A DNA stretch of 64,000 nucleotides, from the NCBI GenBank assembly GCA_964252035.1, contig OZ176206.1. One strand, written 5' to 3'. The notes under the pieces were generated by a model. It was not told where the DNA came from. It did not search any database and worked only from the letters and a program-made list of their open reading frames with translations. The first letter of the stretch is position 1. Every line of letters starts with the position of its first letter. Below, piece after piece: positions 13,301 through 26,295 of the stretch. The position numbers and the translations under genes are program-made. This DNA comes from Podarcis erhardii (lineage: Eukaryota).

Positions 13301-16300
13301 ATTAAAAGTGATTTTTCATACCAAAAATCCTGGATGGAACAGATATATGAACGAAGACATGGGAAACATGCACAGAAGGAGACAAAGCTGTCTACCCCTC
13401 ATTCTGATGAGTCAGTAACCTGATCCACACTTGTGCAGAATGGAATGTAGTTATCCATTACTTTTGCAGTTAAAAAAGATTCCAACAATGGCTCTCAAAA
13501 TGTACCAAAAGATATTTGACCACACCATTGGTCCATCTAGCTCAGCATTGTCGACACTGATTGGCTGCAACTCTCCAGGGTTTCAGACAATGGTCTTTCT
13601 CAACCTGACCTGGAGAAGCCAAGGGTTTGCACCCAAAGCTCTTTCAAAGTGTATGAGAATAAATAGGCCTTATACTTTGTTCCTCTAGAAACTTCAATGG
13701 GACTAGAATGCCTGTTATCATTATTGGTATAATTCATGTCATTTCTATACTGCTTGATATTTTAAAGGGGGGGAAATCTCAAAGTGGTTTGCAACATATT
13801 AAAACATCAAATAAAACAATCCAGAATAAAACATTGCCAAAGAAAGCCAGATATAAAGTTCAAGGCAACATTAATAGGAAACTGAAATATTAGCTTAAAG
13901 GTTTCAGAGCATTACAAATGAGGTCAACTAGAGAATGTATATTTAATGCAGCAAAGTTAACCAAAAAAATCTGTTGTTTTAACCTGTTTTGTGAGTGCGT
14001 GTGTAATTGTTTTGTATATGTTTTTATATTGTAAATAACATTGAAATGCCTCATGGGAAGCAATTAATAAATGAAATAAATAAAAAGCACATTTAAGAAG
14101 CATGCTATTTTCATTTCAAATGACCTATGGGTCTCAAGGATGGGGCTTCTAAGGGCTGTTGGGGGGGGGGCGTTATTTAAAAAAGTAGAGAACTCCAGTG
14201 ACCAGGAAAAGGTTAGATCTACAAAGCAAGATCAATCAGTCAACATCCAAATGATTCACAATACTCACATTCACAAGGCCACACCCACTGCCAGTAGCCT
14301 AAAGTTAAAAGCAATTTGTTAGTCTATCATCATCATCATCATCATCATTATCACCACCATTATTATTTTGAAACTGTCTGCTGCAAATCTTGCTTTCTTC
14401 ACATTGGCATGCAAAGTCTGGCACCAGACACTAAGCCCATACATTTGCAAATCAAACCATGCAGTTCATATAGCCTAAGAACATAGGAATAATCCATACC
14501 CTTCAAGTGTCACAATATCCCCGGGGCATTCCAAGAATTACAGAAGCCACCCTGGCTTCTGATTCGATCCTGGAATTTCCCTGGAATCCCATTTCCCCCC
14601 TCCAAGCTCATGGAGCTTACAGCCAGTACTGGCCCTTGCAGTGGTTCTGCACTCTTGCACAAGTCAGCTAGCTCCCGTGAAAGCACAGCACCCAAAGACG
14701 TGCACCCCAATTTCCATCAGAGGATTGTTGGAGGGTGTGAGAGTCCTGCTTTCCCAAGCCTGGTGCTCTCTAATTCCCATCAGCCCCCCAGCCAGCAAGG
14801 CCAATGGTCGGAGAATGATGGCAGCTGCAGGTCAACAGTCGCTACTCATTAGGCCAAAGCTCTCTCCTGCCATTGCTGCCCAGCAGCCGGTAGACAGTGG
14901 CATCCGTAGTGGCGAAAAGGGTGGCACAGGCAGAGTGTTGTTGCTCACCTGGCTTCCTTATGCTGCATGTCGCTTCTGGTTACAGAGAGGTGGAGGAGGA
15001 AGGCAACAGGGAGCTGCACCCACTCAGGGCCGTCTTACCCATAGGTGCGAGGGGTGCGGGGCACCCAGGCACGGGGCTCTCAGGGGTGCCAGGCTGAGAG
15101 TCTGGGGCCCGAGAATTGAGTCTGGGGAAGAGCCCGCCCATTGGTCGGAGCGCCGTGGCAGGCTCTTCTGCTGCGGGCAGCTCTGTGCTGTGAGTTTGGG
15201 GGCGACCAAGCCAGCGAGACTCTGAGGTGGCCGGCTGGCTCTGGCCTCCTGCGCTCCTGGGATTGAGCAACCTGGGGGGGGGCGCGCGCAGGGCGGATCT
15301 TTGCACCCCGGTGCCGCATATGCATAAGACAGCCCTGCACCCACTGCTGCAGCTGTGCCATGCCAAGCACCCCACAGCCATGTCTCTGCGCAAATGAACC
15401 ACCCATAAACATTAACTTCATCTTGCTGGGAGTCAGCTTCATTTACTAATCCCTCATCCAGTCCATCACTGAGCCCAAGCTTCATCAATAGCACTTCCAC
15501 TGCCTCATCTGAAGCTAATGAAAAGGAGAATCAGAGCTGGGTGTCACCAGCCTACTGATACTACCTCTCACCAAACCTCTGGATTATCTAGTTCAGTGGT
15601 TTCATGTAGATGTTAGTCAACATGAGAGACGGGATGAAAGCCTGTGGTAGCCTGAATACCTCAGGACCAACCCGTAGTTTTCCTGCATGGCTTTCTGGAA
15701 ACAGACACCCAGGTATGAGCAGAAACACTAGATCATAATACCCCATATCCCAGATAGCTGGTGCAGATGGTCAAATACTACACATAGCCCCTGAAAGGTC
15801 TAGAAGAATTAGCAAGGTCACTGGCCTTCTCCCAGTATGGATCTATTAAGGTGTCCAAGGCTGTTTTGGTGCAAAACCCAGACAAAACAGTATACAACTG
15901 AATCCAGAAAATGGAGGAAGAGCTTTCCACAGAAATATAATATGAAATACTTACCACTGTAGTCTGGAATCTAGCAATGCCACCTGCCTAAAACAGAAAA
16001 CAAGAAGTCATTGTCTGAAGACGAATCAGAATCAGTATTCAGGTTCTATCTGCAGAAGGCTTGATTGCACACCAGGTTTCAAATACAAGAACACAGACAG
16101 CAGTGGAATGCACTTGAAGAGAAAGATCAATGTGGCAGAATGGTGTTGCATGGCTCCTTTCAAAGCAGAAGTCACCTTACCGCAATGCGTTCCTGTGGGC
16201 AAAGGAGAAGGAGGAGAACGATAACCACAATCTGGGGAGTCATCTTGGCTTCTGCTTGGAAGTCTGTAAACTCTCTGGTGTGAGGCCTGGGTACCTTCAG

Positions 16301-19300
16301 CTGCTCTATTTATGGCTTGGCTCTTTCCAGAAATTGCAGCCCATGTTGCTCAGTGTAAAAGCTCCATTGTCAAGAGGACCAATCTCTTTAGGAATGAGGA
16401 AAGCATAACTTATCACAAACCACCATCAAATGGAAAGGTGTTGTAGATCTAAAAGACAGGGACCAACGGGGTGGCAAACAATAATGCAACCAAGTATTAA
16501 TCATCAGCTAAGCCAAGTTGCTCAGCTTGACCTTTTTCCAGGTATGTGCAGTGAGGTAAGTGCATGGTCCATACACACAACATCCCCCCTTCGTAGTACA
16601 ATTGAGGATTCTCTTGCAGAGTTGGAAAGGTTTGTGGAGGTAAAACTGCAGACAACTGTGCTGTGTCTGGAAATTAGAAATAAGCAGGCAAGAAGCAAGA
16701 TAAGCAGTTGTAAATAGGCCTCCTTGATTAACTATCCCTTAAGAATTTCTGAAGTGCCTAAGGGAAACGAGACCATGGGCAAGAACTGTACAAATCTTCT
16801 TTAAGGTTCCAAGGCCTGTTGTGACAGGGCAATCCCTTGTCAAGCTAATGTCAAGTAAACAGTGTGAACTTAGCTGACTACCATAGCTTCTCTGTGTGGT
16901 GGGCATGACCTTTGGAGCCTAATTCATACTGTAGTGCCAAGTAGGAGTAACTAACGGTGGGAACTGAATCATTTGGTTCATTGGTTTGGGTCACTTGGCA
17001 GCTGGGTCATGGATAGGAAGAGGTGGACACCAATGGTGAGATCCCTGAATCTTCCACCAAAGTATCCTGGGGACAGGATGGGACTTTTCTGTGGTTGCTC
17101 CCCATTTGTGGACTGGTCTCCCCAGGAAGGTTCGGCTGGCAGCTTCATTTAAGCTGCTCTTATGAAGGGTCAATACAGTCTAGGAATACGTGCAGAAATC
17201 AATCATTTGATATACGTGCAGAAATCAATCATTTGATTAGATATTAAAAGGGATTCACTTGGAATTGGACTTTGTCATAGCAAGTCCCATGGGTCAAAAG
17301 AATTCCCTCCAGAGAGATCATTGCAACTGGAAATGGCATTTCACCTCCTCAGGAGACTGAATACAGCTGTCTAGAAGTGTTATAACACTTTAAACCAGGC
17401 ATGTCCAAGTCAGTTTTGGGGGCAGTAGATGTCCTGAGGTAAAATCATAAAAAAAGCTCAGCAACTTCAATACAAGCTCAACAGCTTTGGGGTTAAATCC
17501 TTTAAAAAGCTCAACAACTTTGGGCAGACCTAACACATGTTCAGTTCACCAAATCTGGTTCTCTTTGAAAAAAGTTTGGGCACCCCTGCTTTAAACATTG
17601 TGGCTTTTCCCAAAGAAACCTTGTAGTATGTTAAGGGTAATGAGAGTTGTTAGAAGACCCCCATTTCCCTCACAGCGCTACAGTTCCAAGAGTGCTGTAA
17701 CAATCAACCTCTCTTCCCAGGGAACTTTGGAAACTATTGCTCTCATGATTGTTCAAACTGGTATGATAGTGCTTTAAATATATTGTTGCTGAAGTAGCTT
17801 AAACCCCAGCTCTCCACAAACAAAGGAGAATAACTGCTCAACCAACAGATGAGAATTTTGCAACATCTGCAAGCAAATCAGGGGGGATGTTCAATGAATA
17901 GGTCACCTGGAAACAACTGTAGCTTCAGACGTAGCGACATACATACTAGTCAGTAGACAAAAAGTATGCCTTGAAGGACAAGAGAAGCCACTTAGCTATC
18001 AGGTAGATGTGAAAATATTAAGGGATTTGCTACACTCCCCACTAAATTATATAGAGATGAATGGATGTAGGAAGTTACTTGCTGTAGCCATTTCAGTGAA
18101 AGATAAATATCCCACATGATGAATATCAAGTGAATTGCTTGAGAAACTGCTCCACTTGCACAAGCAAGTTTTGCTGCTATACAGACCATGCCACCAGCTA
18201 GGGAACTTTGGTTTGCCCACCTGGTTTTCTGCACTTCCAAAATGCCAGCCAATATCAACAAACTTAGATGGTTTGAATGTTCAAATACATTACCATCTGT
18301 GCTGCCACTTAAATAGAAATACTTACATGAGCTCCGCCGATTCCAGCAGTCAGCTAAAAACGCAGAAGCAAATTGTTACTTCCTTTGCTTAAAAAAGAAA
18401 AAGAAAAAGAAATGAAAAAACATTTTTTTCAGAAAGTTTGGCAAATGTTGTTTTTCTTCTGGATCACCAGTGGTCAGCACGCTTCAATCAGTCAGTCCGC
18501 TGCCTGTCTGTATTAAATATGCATATTGGTTTTAAAGTCTGACGGGGTGCAGGTGGGGATGGGGAGCCTTTAAAACAAGGCTTGAGTGTTTGGGGTCTCC
18601 TCATCTAAGAGATTCTCAATCTATCTTGCCAATGCAAAAAATAATTAGCAAAATATAAACAAACCATTGGCACAGTAGAAAGGACGTGAAATGTCAAAGT
18701 GCACAAAGTGTTTGCTTGCTTGCTTGCTTGCTTGCTTGTTTTTTTCTTCTACATAGCAACAAATAGAACCTCAATACAGTGGTACCTCGAGTTAAGTACT
18801 TAATTCGTTCCGGAGGTCCGTTCTTAATCTGAAACTGTTCTTAACCTGAAGCACCACTTTAGCTATTGGGGCCTCTTGCTGCCACCGCGCTGCCAGAGCA
18901 CAATTTCTGTTCTCATCCTGAAGCAAAGTTCTTAACCCGAGGTAATATTTCTGAGTTAGCGGAGTCTGTAACCTGAAGTGTATGTAACCTGAAGAGTATG
19001 TAACCCGAAGTACCACTGTATAAAATGGGGAAATTACCCATTATTAAGACAAACACAGCAATTTTACAGTAAGATCCAGTGCAATGAGCAAGCATAGGAT
19101 CTAGCTCAGGCAGTGTTGTACCAACATCTTCAGCTCATTCAGAGATCTACTACTATATCTCTTTCATCTTGGGATAGCCAGGACCCCATTTCCTCCAACA
19201 CTGAAACCAAAATCCAGGACACAATCTTTCAGGATGCGATCTTCCTGGTTTTTTTATCACAAGAGTATAAAGGTCAGTTTGTCATGAACTTGTGTGATCT

Positions 19301-22300
19301 TGCACCTTGGTTCCTCTCCAAACAGAAAAGTTATTTGGGGGGGGTACAGTGCCCATAAATGTGAATTTGGGGGTGTCGTGTGATATTGTCTCCCCCCCAA
19401 TTTTTAAAAGGGGATATCGTGCTGCAAAATCATTAAATATGATATCAACCAAAATGGCCACAGTTCTCTTGCATTAAATTACGGGGTGCCTCAGCTTATC
19501 CAGGGCACTTGCGAGTATTGCATCTTGCTTGCTGAATGTATAGCGGGGCAGAAAGTGCTCCTGATCTAAAAGATCTTAATCTATATTGCCATTTCAAAAT
19601 ATGTAGAAAACATAAACAAAACCATATGAATACTCACTGTCGAAATAGCAACATCCTGAAATGTCAAAGTGCAGAGTTATTTCGTGTTTGGTTGTTAGGT
19701 TGTTTACTTCACATTGTAACAAATGGAACCTCAGTATAAAATGGGGAAATTACCCATTCTTATCCAGACAAACACAGCAATTTTACAGTAAGATCCCCTG
19801 AGAAGAGCAAGCTTAGGATACAGCTGAGGCAAAAAGTTAATGGTTGAGCAGTGATGCACTAATATAACTCCCCATCCTCAGCGCTGTCCAAACTTTGCTA
19901 CTACAGTCAAACCTCAGCTCCCAAATGCCTTCGTTTTGGAACGTTTTGGCTCCCAAATGCTAAAAACCCAGAAGTAAATGCTCCAGTTTTCGAACGTTTT
20001 TCAGAAGCCAAACATCCGATGCGGCTTCCGCTTGAGTGCAGAAAGCTCCTGTAACCAATTGGAAGCCGCACCTCGGTTGTCGAACATTTCAGAACCCGAA
20101 CAGGCCTCTGGAATGGATTACGTTCGACAACCAATGTTTGGCTGTATATCTCTTTCATCTATGGACAGCCATCGCTCCATATACTCCAACACCTTGAAGC
20201 CAAAATCAGGACACATTATTTCTTGATTCCATCTTCCTGGGTTGTTGTTTTTTATAGCAAGGGCACAGTGCCAATAAATGTGAATTTCAGGGTGCCTTGT
20301 GATACTGTGGCTCCCCAAAAGCACTTTTTAAGGGTGAAATTGCATGAGATTACAGCAACCAAAATGGCCGCAGTTCTCTTACAATAAAAAGAACAGAATG
20401 CTCCAATTTTTCCAGGACACTTGCAGGGTATGATAAATTGCTAAAAACATAGCAGGGCAGAAGATGCTCCTGATCTAAGCGATTAATGCAAAATATTTAG
20501 CAAAATATAAAGAAAACCATGTGAATACTCACAGTCAAAGTAGCCGGGTCCTGAAATGTCAAAGTGCACAGTTATTTCATGGGATTTTTTAAAAACTTCA
20601 AAAAGTAACACTATAGTTTCCACTATGAAAGGGGAAATTTGCCCATTGTTAGCGAGACAAACAAAGTACTTTTACTGCATGGTCCACTGGGATGAGAAGG
20701 GGGGAGGGATTGAGGGGATCTCCACTGAACCAGAAAGTTCATGGCTCTGCCAATCTACCTGTAACTCTCAATCATCAGCTCAGCTGGAGATATGCTAAAA
20801 TATCCCCCTCATCCCAGGACACTCAGGACCCCATACCCTCTAACACTCTGAAGCCAAAATCTGGGACACCATCTTTCTAGAGGCCAGCTTCCCATTTTTC
20901 ATCACTAGAGCAGTCGGCCATTTTGGTTGCTATGAACTTGCATAATTTTGCACCATTGTTTCCCCTATCAAAAAAAGTGCTTTCTTGGGCATGGTCCCAA
21001 AAATGTGAATTTTAGGGTGCCACACAAGATACGAAACTGCTTTTGGGGGGAAATTGTGACATGTATTAATGCAAGACAACAGCAACCAAAATGGCCGCAG
21101 TTCGCTGCCAATAAAAAATGTGATGTCCTGGTTTTTCCAAGACGGTGGTGGGGTATGGTACCCTGCTGGCTAGCAGGGCATGTATTGTGGTAGTACAAAA
21201 TAATTAGTTGCACTCCTTGGGAAATATGTAAACTCAATCATGTGAATACTCACTGGTATAACAGCAGGTACAGCTCCAGCCTGAAATGTCAACATACACA
21301 GTTATTTACTGGCTTCTTATTTCACATATTATAAAACAGATTCTCAATATAAAATAGGGAGATTTCCTTTTATTCTTAGCAGACCACCAGAGCAATCTTA
21401 CAGGTAGATCCACTGGGATGAGCAAGGTTGGGATCCAGCAGCTCTCTAGGTGAACTAGAATGTTCTTGACTGAGCAGTGATGTGCCAACATAACTCCCCA
21501 TCTTCAGCTCAGCTGGGGATATGCTACCATATCTCCTTCATCCCAGGGCAACCAGGACCCCATACCATCCAACACCTTGAAACCCACATCCAGGATGGCC
21601 CCTTTCTGGATGCCATCTTCCTGTTTTGTTAATTGCAAGAGCCTGGTGGCCATTTTGACTGCCATGATTTCACACGGTTTCATATATTGACCCCCTCCCA
21701 ATGTGAAATTTGCGGCACTCTGTCAGGCGTGAGGAATTCTCTCCCTCCCCCAATGGCACCAAGAAGCAGGGAGGAAACAGGAAAGTTCTTAGTTATGATT
21801 TATTTCAGTATGACAGTGAAAGACAAAGAATCCAGTCATTCGTTAATGATGGTGTTGCTTGCACTGAGCTCCTCCTCCTTCCCTTTTAGCAACAACACCT
21901 GCCTCTATGGCATCTGTCCATGGTCAACTGCCTGTGCACCCTTTGTTCTTGCACATGTAACAAATGCCACATTTTAGGAATGCCACGTGTCAGCTAGCTG
22001 CTCTGCCTCCCCTCTTCCTTCTCCTAACATCTCCTAACTCTGCTGTTCGCCGGTCTCTGAGCTGTTATCTTCCTCAAAGCTCAGCTGTAACTCGAGACTG
22101 CCTTCCTCTTCTCTGAGAGCTACAAGAGAAATGGGGAGGGTCGATCTTCACCATTTCTCCTCCTCTTCAGTCCAGTCCCTGACACACAGCATGAGATTGA
22201 GCCCTGCTAAAAACACTTTTGGGGGGTAATCACACCACAAAATCATGCAAAATCATAGCAACCAAAATGGTCTCAGTTCTCTTGGGATAGAAAATGGGAT

Positions 22301-25300
22301 GTCCCTGTTTCTCTGGGTCACTTGGGGACATGGGACCCTGCTGGATGAATACATAAGAAGGCCAAAAGTGTTCCCGACCTGAAAGAGTTAGTCTATATTT
22401 CCAATGCAAAATAATAAGAAAAATATAAACAAAACTATGTGAATACTCACTGCTGCAGCAATAATACCCGAAATGTCAAAGTGCACAGTTATTTCATGCT
22501 TTTTTAAACAACAACAACAACTTCACATAGTAACAGTCTGCACACAAGGAGAAGCTCTCCAAATAGATGCCACTGAAAAACGAAATTCACTGCTGTAATT
22601 GAATTTTTGTTATGGTGAGAATAATATTGTCAGCTTGGGTGAAAGACAAACTGCAGTGGAATGCAAGCAGTGCAACAGGACAGAAATCAAGTTCAAGCCT
22701 AACCAGGCCTACTCAGAAGTAAGCCCTACTTAGTTCAAGGGGGTTTTCTCTCATACAAACAGATTTCAGAAAACAGTCTTACTCACTAGTGTTGTGCTGA
22801 ATTTTTCACCAAATTTTATTTTACCATTCTCAATCAGTAAGGCAGAAGCCTCTTCTGCAGGGCAAGAAAAATGTCAGGAAATTGGAGAAGAGGTTTCAGC
22901 CCACCAGTATTACTCACCAACAGGGGCAGAGAACCACCATTAAGGTGTACAGAGTAGAGAACCTGAAAATCCATCAGACAGCATTTCTTCCACCATCATT
23001 TCATTCCATTCCATTCTAAGGCCCTGAGCAATACCCAAACTTCCAAAGTATCAAAGTAAATCTGCTACATTTGTGTTGTATGTTATAGCATTTCTACAGG
23101 GAAAACATACACAATATAGCAAATATATATTTCCCCCACCTGCCATGGATGGTAGAGGTTGGTTTGGAGGGATGGATGCACTCTTCAACCAGATGCTGCT
23201 CATGCATTGATATACAGTGGTACCTCAGCTTACATACGCTTCAGGTTACATCCACTTCAGGTTACATACTCTGCTAACCCAGAAATATTACCTCGGGTTA
23301 AGAACTTTGCTTCAGGATAAGAACAGAAATCGGGCTCCAGTGGCGCGGCGGCAGCAGGAGGCCCCATTAGCTAAAGTGGTGCTTCAGGTTAAGAACAGTT
23401 TCAGGTTAAGAACGGAGCTCCGGAACGAATTAAGTACTTAACCCGAGGTACCACTGTATTGTGACTACACAAACTCTGCTCATTCAATGGATAGGATATA
23501 ACCCTCAAATTCTACATTCCAGTCATGAGTCTCATCCCAGCAGGTTTCAGTAATGCCTATTAGATCATCTTTGCCATCCGGTATTAAAAGCTCAAATTCA
23601 TCTTGCTTGTTTCCTATACTCTGTACCAGTGCTTTTTTCTAAAAAATGTTTAGGGGTACGCTCATTTTCCTACTCATATTGAAATACTGCCCCTCAATGA
23701 GGCCAAACTTAGATTCACAAAATGTTTAGGGGTATGCGTAGCCCGGCATCCCCCCAGAAAAAAGCACTGCTCTGTACATTAGGATAGAGGCAACTGAAAC
23801 CATGAATCATTCCCTCCAGCTGCTTCCTTCTTGCAGTTGCCTGCCCTTTAACAGGTTTCTGCAGCACCACCTCAGTTTCCTATGCATCACTGAAGCTATT
23901 GTCCCAGTACCAGGTGTTCCTATGTAATATGTAATATTGACAATGCCAAATTAATATGTAATATGTAATATTGACAATGCAAAATTATCAGCAATACTCA
24001 CAAATTTGGCAGGAATAATCTAGAAAGTAGAATATTGCAGTTAGTTATTGCTCTTATTTTACATCACATAACTACACCACCATGGGCACAACCATTGGTA
24101 TTTACTGTAATTTGCCGTATCATGAAGGTTCTCAGCACATTTCAGTGTAAAATAAAAATAAAAATCTTACTCCAGGAAGTGACAGTATAAAATTTCACAC
24201 AGGGGAGGCAACAGAGGGAGCAGAGGAAGGTAGAAGGTATGATAAAAGGAGTGCTGATATGAGGCGAATAGGTTCATTCTGTTCAGCTGCATGTTTTTAG
24301 ACTTGTGTTAATGGGGAATTTGTACCATGGGGCTGTGTCAAAGACTCCACAGACAATGGGTATTTTGAGGAGCAATTTGAACCAATAGGAGAGGAAGGCA
24401 ACAATAGGGAGACAATCCATCCATCAGGGAAGCAAGTTGGGAAAAGGGTAGAGTCACTGAACTGGGCAAGAGTCAGGCCTGGGCTGTGAGCATCAAACTG
24501 AAGTGAGCTATGAACTGGAAACTAGAATCCATGGGGCAAGTCACTACTCAAGACTACAAAGTAAGTAGGACCAGGGATGGAGGAGAAATTCACTATTATT
24601 TGCATTTTCATGAGAAAGTTCCTAATCTGTACCTCTTGAACCAATTCAAAAGCCTTCATAGAATTCACACATAGAATTTTCATGAGGTTCCCATCGCCCA
24701 CCCCAGATTGCAGCAGAAGTAAATAGAAGTGAATTTAAAGTTGTTAAATGGAAAACAGAGAGAAACCCACATTTGCACATTCATCCATCTCTAGGGAGAA
24801 CCATAGGACCACAACAGGAGAAATAATCCAGAGATTTGCACCAGTGAGTGAAAATTAGCAGATTGAAAATTACTTAATTTCATGATGCTCTTGCAGAACA
24901 TGCTGGCTGTGGTGGCAGCAATGCACCCCTCTGTACATTGACATTGCAAAAGATAAAATAAAAACATGACAGAATGCAGCCATATCTGTGGGTGAGTGAA
25001 ATTTAGTTCACCACATCCATGTGACCTTAAAGCCCTGGTCTTGGACTGATGGGTGAAGGTCCACTACTGCAGGGATAGGGAATCAGTTGATCTCCAAGTG
25101 GTGTTGGATTACAGCTCCCATCATCATTCCTGATCATTGGCCATGCTGGCAGGGCTGATGAGATTTGGAGTCCAACAACATCTGGGCAGCCACGGATCCC
25201 CCATTTCTATCCTACTATTCAAGTGTTGCTGAATTAAAGAAGAACATGGATACAGTTGATAACCAAGGCTCTTAAGGGAGTCCAGAGCTTCCATGGATAC

Positions 25301-26295
25301 AAAAGGCTTTCTGCTGCCGGACATCAGCCCTAAAGATGTGAGGGCAAGGAAGAATTGCATGACCTTGAAAGTAGGTCTAAATGCTAGACCTTCCAGCTCA
25401 TCTCTGGCATTGTGCATATTGGGGGGGAAAAGGAAAATACAGCAAGTCATGAAAAAGATCATATACTTACAGGAGATCTCTTGCTTCGAAGTCCCTTCAG
25501 ATAAAAAAAGCAAAGCAAAGTGACAAGTTAATGGAATGACAAACAGATGACCACTGTGGTTGTTTTTTTCAGACCACAAAGATATGTAATTCATGAGGTG
25601 CGCCCCCCATTTAAAACTGTGTTTCTTTGCAGTAAAATGGAAGGCGTGGGCATAATTATGGCATTGATTCCTAAATTATGTTTAATAGTAGACAGAGACA
25701 ATAATAATGTAGCATTTTTGCAGAGGCCCAACTGCAGCAGAACAGAAACTGCACTAATTGTGATGAAGACAGGATAAAATGAAAAATTATCCCTTCGTAC
25801 ATCCCCAGTTCACACCAGGGACTTCTTAATTCACAGCTCAGTCCACTGGCTAAAATGCTGCACTGCATTGTAGTGTGTATTCCTTGTGGGGGTTTACAAT
25901 GAAAAGTGGGATATTGCCAGGTCATTTCTGAGAATGAGCCAGGCCAAAATGGTTGCTTAACTGTGGAACAGCTTTATTGTAAAAAAGGAAAAGTCCAGAA
26001 GAAAAGTCACAAAAAGTTGGCTGGATGCCCTGGCAGAGACTGTAAGAGTGGTGTGATTTCACCATTTGCATGAATCCCTGTACAAAGAGCAAAACAACAA
26101 TATATGAATCACTGTTTGGGCACTGCTGTCTCCACATGGACATTTCTGATATTGTAGTAGGATTCTCTTATAATAGTCCTCAGGTACTGCTGAAGGAAGC
26201 ACATTCTGTCATCTACTTGAAGAGAAAGATCATTGTGGAAGAAAGGTGTTGCATGGCTCCTTTCAAAGCAGAAGTCACCTTACCGCAGTGCTTTC
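7674..26295 (-). CDS. Gene B: paralogous micro-exon gene (possibly a pseudogene because of its decayed 5' end)
   Basis: Phase-0 exons: 26284-26295 ESTA; 25471-25494 GLRSKRSP; 24002-24019 IIPAKF; 22918-22962 VLYSVHLNGGSLPLL (less sure); 21254-21280 AGAVPAVIP; 20533-20550 DPATLT; 19638-19655 DVAIST; 16181-16192 ERIA; 15955-15987 AGGIARFQTTV; 14269-14298 ATGSGCGLVN; 12999-13016 LYSDQE (weak acceptor); 12481-12507 IIGVGAPPR; 10718-10750 GRGLPTSPPFP; 9669-9692 GLRKKRSP; stop exon 7668-7676. Confidence 0.65.
9669..9692 (-). CDS. Gene B micro-exon GLRKKRSP (RKKR convertase site)
   Basis: cacctgaag|GGACTTCGAAAAAAGAGATCTCCT|gtaagt. Confidence 0.75.
10283..10320. repeat. (AAAG)n microsatellite
   Basis: Direct reading. 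Confidence 0.9.
11914..12425 (+). mobile_element. BovB/RTE LINE 3' fragment
   Basis: RTE RT C-terminal sequence, (caa)n tail; 16-bp TSD agtctaatgtaaataa at 11898-11913 and 12426-12441. Confidence 0.9.
15025..15337. mobile_element. hAT-family MITE
   Basis: TIR cagggccgtctta/taagacagccctg; 8-bp TSD cacccact. Confidence 0.85.
18777..19018. mobile_element. Tc1/mariner MITE
   Basis: TIR cagtggtacctcg; TA TSD. Confidence 0.9.
19904..20144. mobile_element. Tc1/mariner MITE (second family)
   Basis: TIR cagtcaaac/gtttggctg; TA TSD. Confidence 0.8.
22451..22468 (-). pseudogene. Gene B pseudo-exon GIIAAA (acceptor lost)
   Basis: gacatttcg|GGT... versus gacatttcag in sister units; donor gtgagt intact. 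Confidence 0.6.
23215..23456. mobile_element. Tc1/mariner MITE (same family as 18777, opposite orientation)
   Basis: TIR cagtggtacctc; TA TSD. Confidence 0.9.
23627..23770. mobile_element. hAT-family MITE
   Basis: TIR cagtgctttttt; perfect 8-bp TSD ctctgtac. Confidence 0.85.
25471..25494 (-). CDS. Gene B micro-exon GLRSKRSP (RSKR convertase site)
   Basis: atctgaag|GGACTTCGAAGCAAGAGATCTCCT|gtaagt. Confidence 0.75.

Larger units (their letters stand above)
18400..22550. repeat. Five diverged ~0.7-1.2 kb exon+intron units of gene B
   Basis: Recurring 'aatactcac...ctgaaatgtcaaagtgcacagttatt' at ~18690, 19640, 20530, 21250, 22450, with shared intron blocks. Confidence 0.8.

Noticed and set aside
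14610-15500. Cluster of long overlapping GC-rich ORFs
   Set aside because: Explained by a GC-rich hAT MITE (15025-15337) and stop-poor flanks.
16542-16555. Plus-strand micro-exon (ttttccag|GTATGTGCAGTGAG|gtaagt)
   Set aside because: Isolated, 14 nt, with no partner exons on the + strand; its second copy is explained by the duplication.
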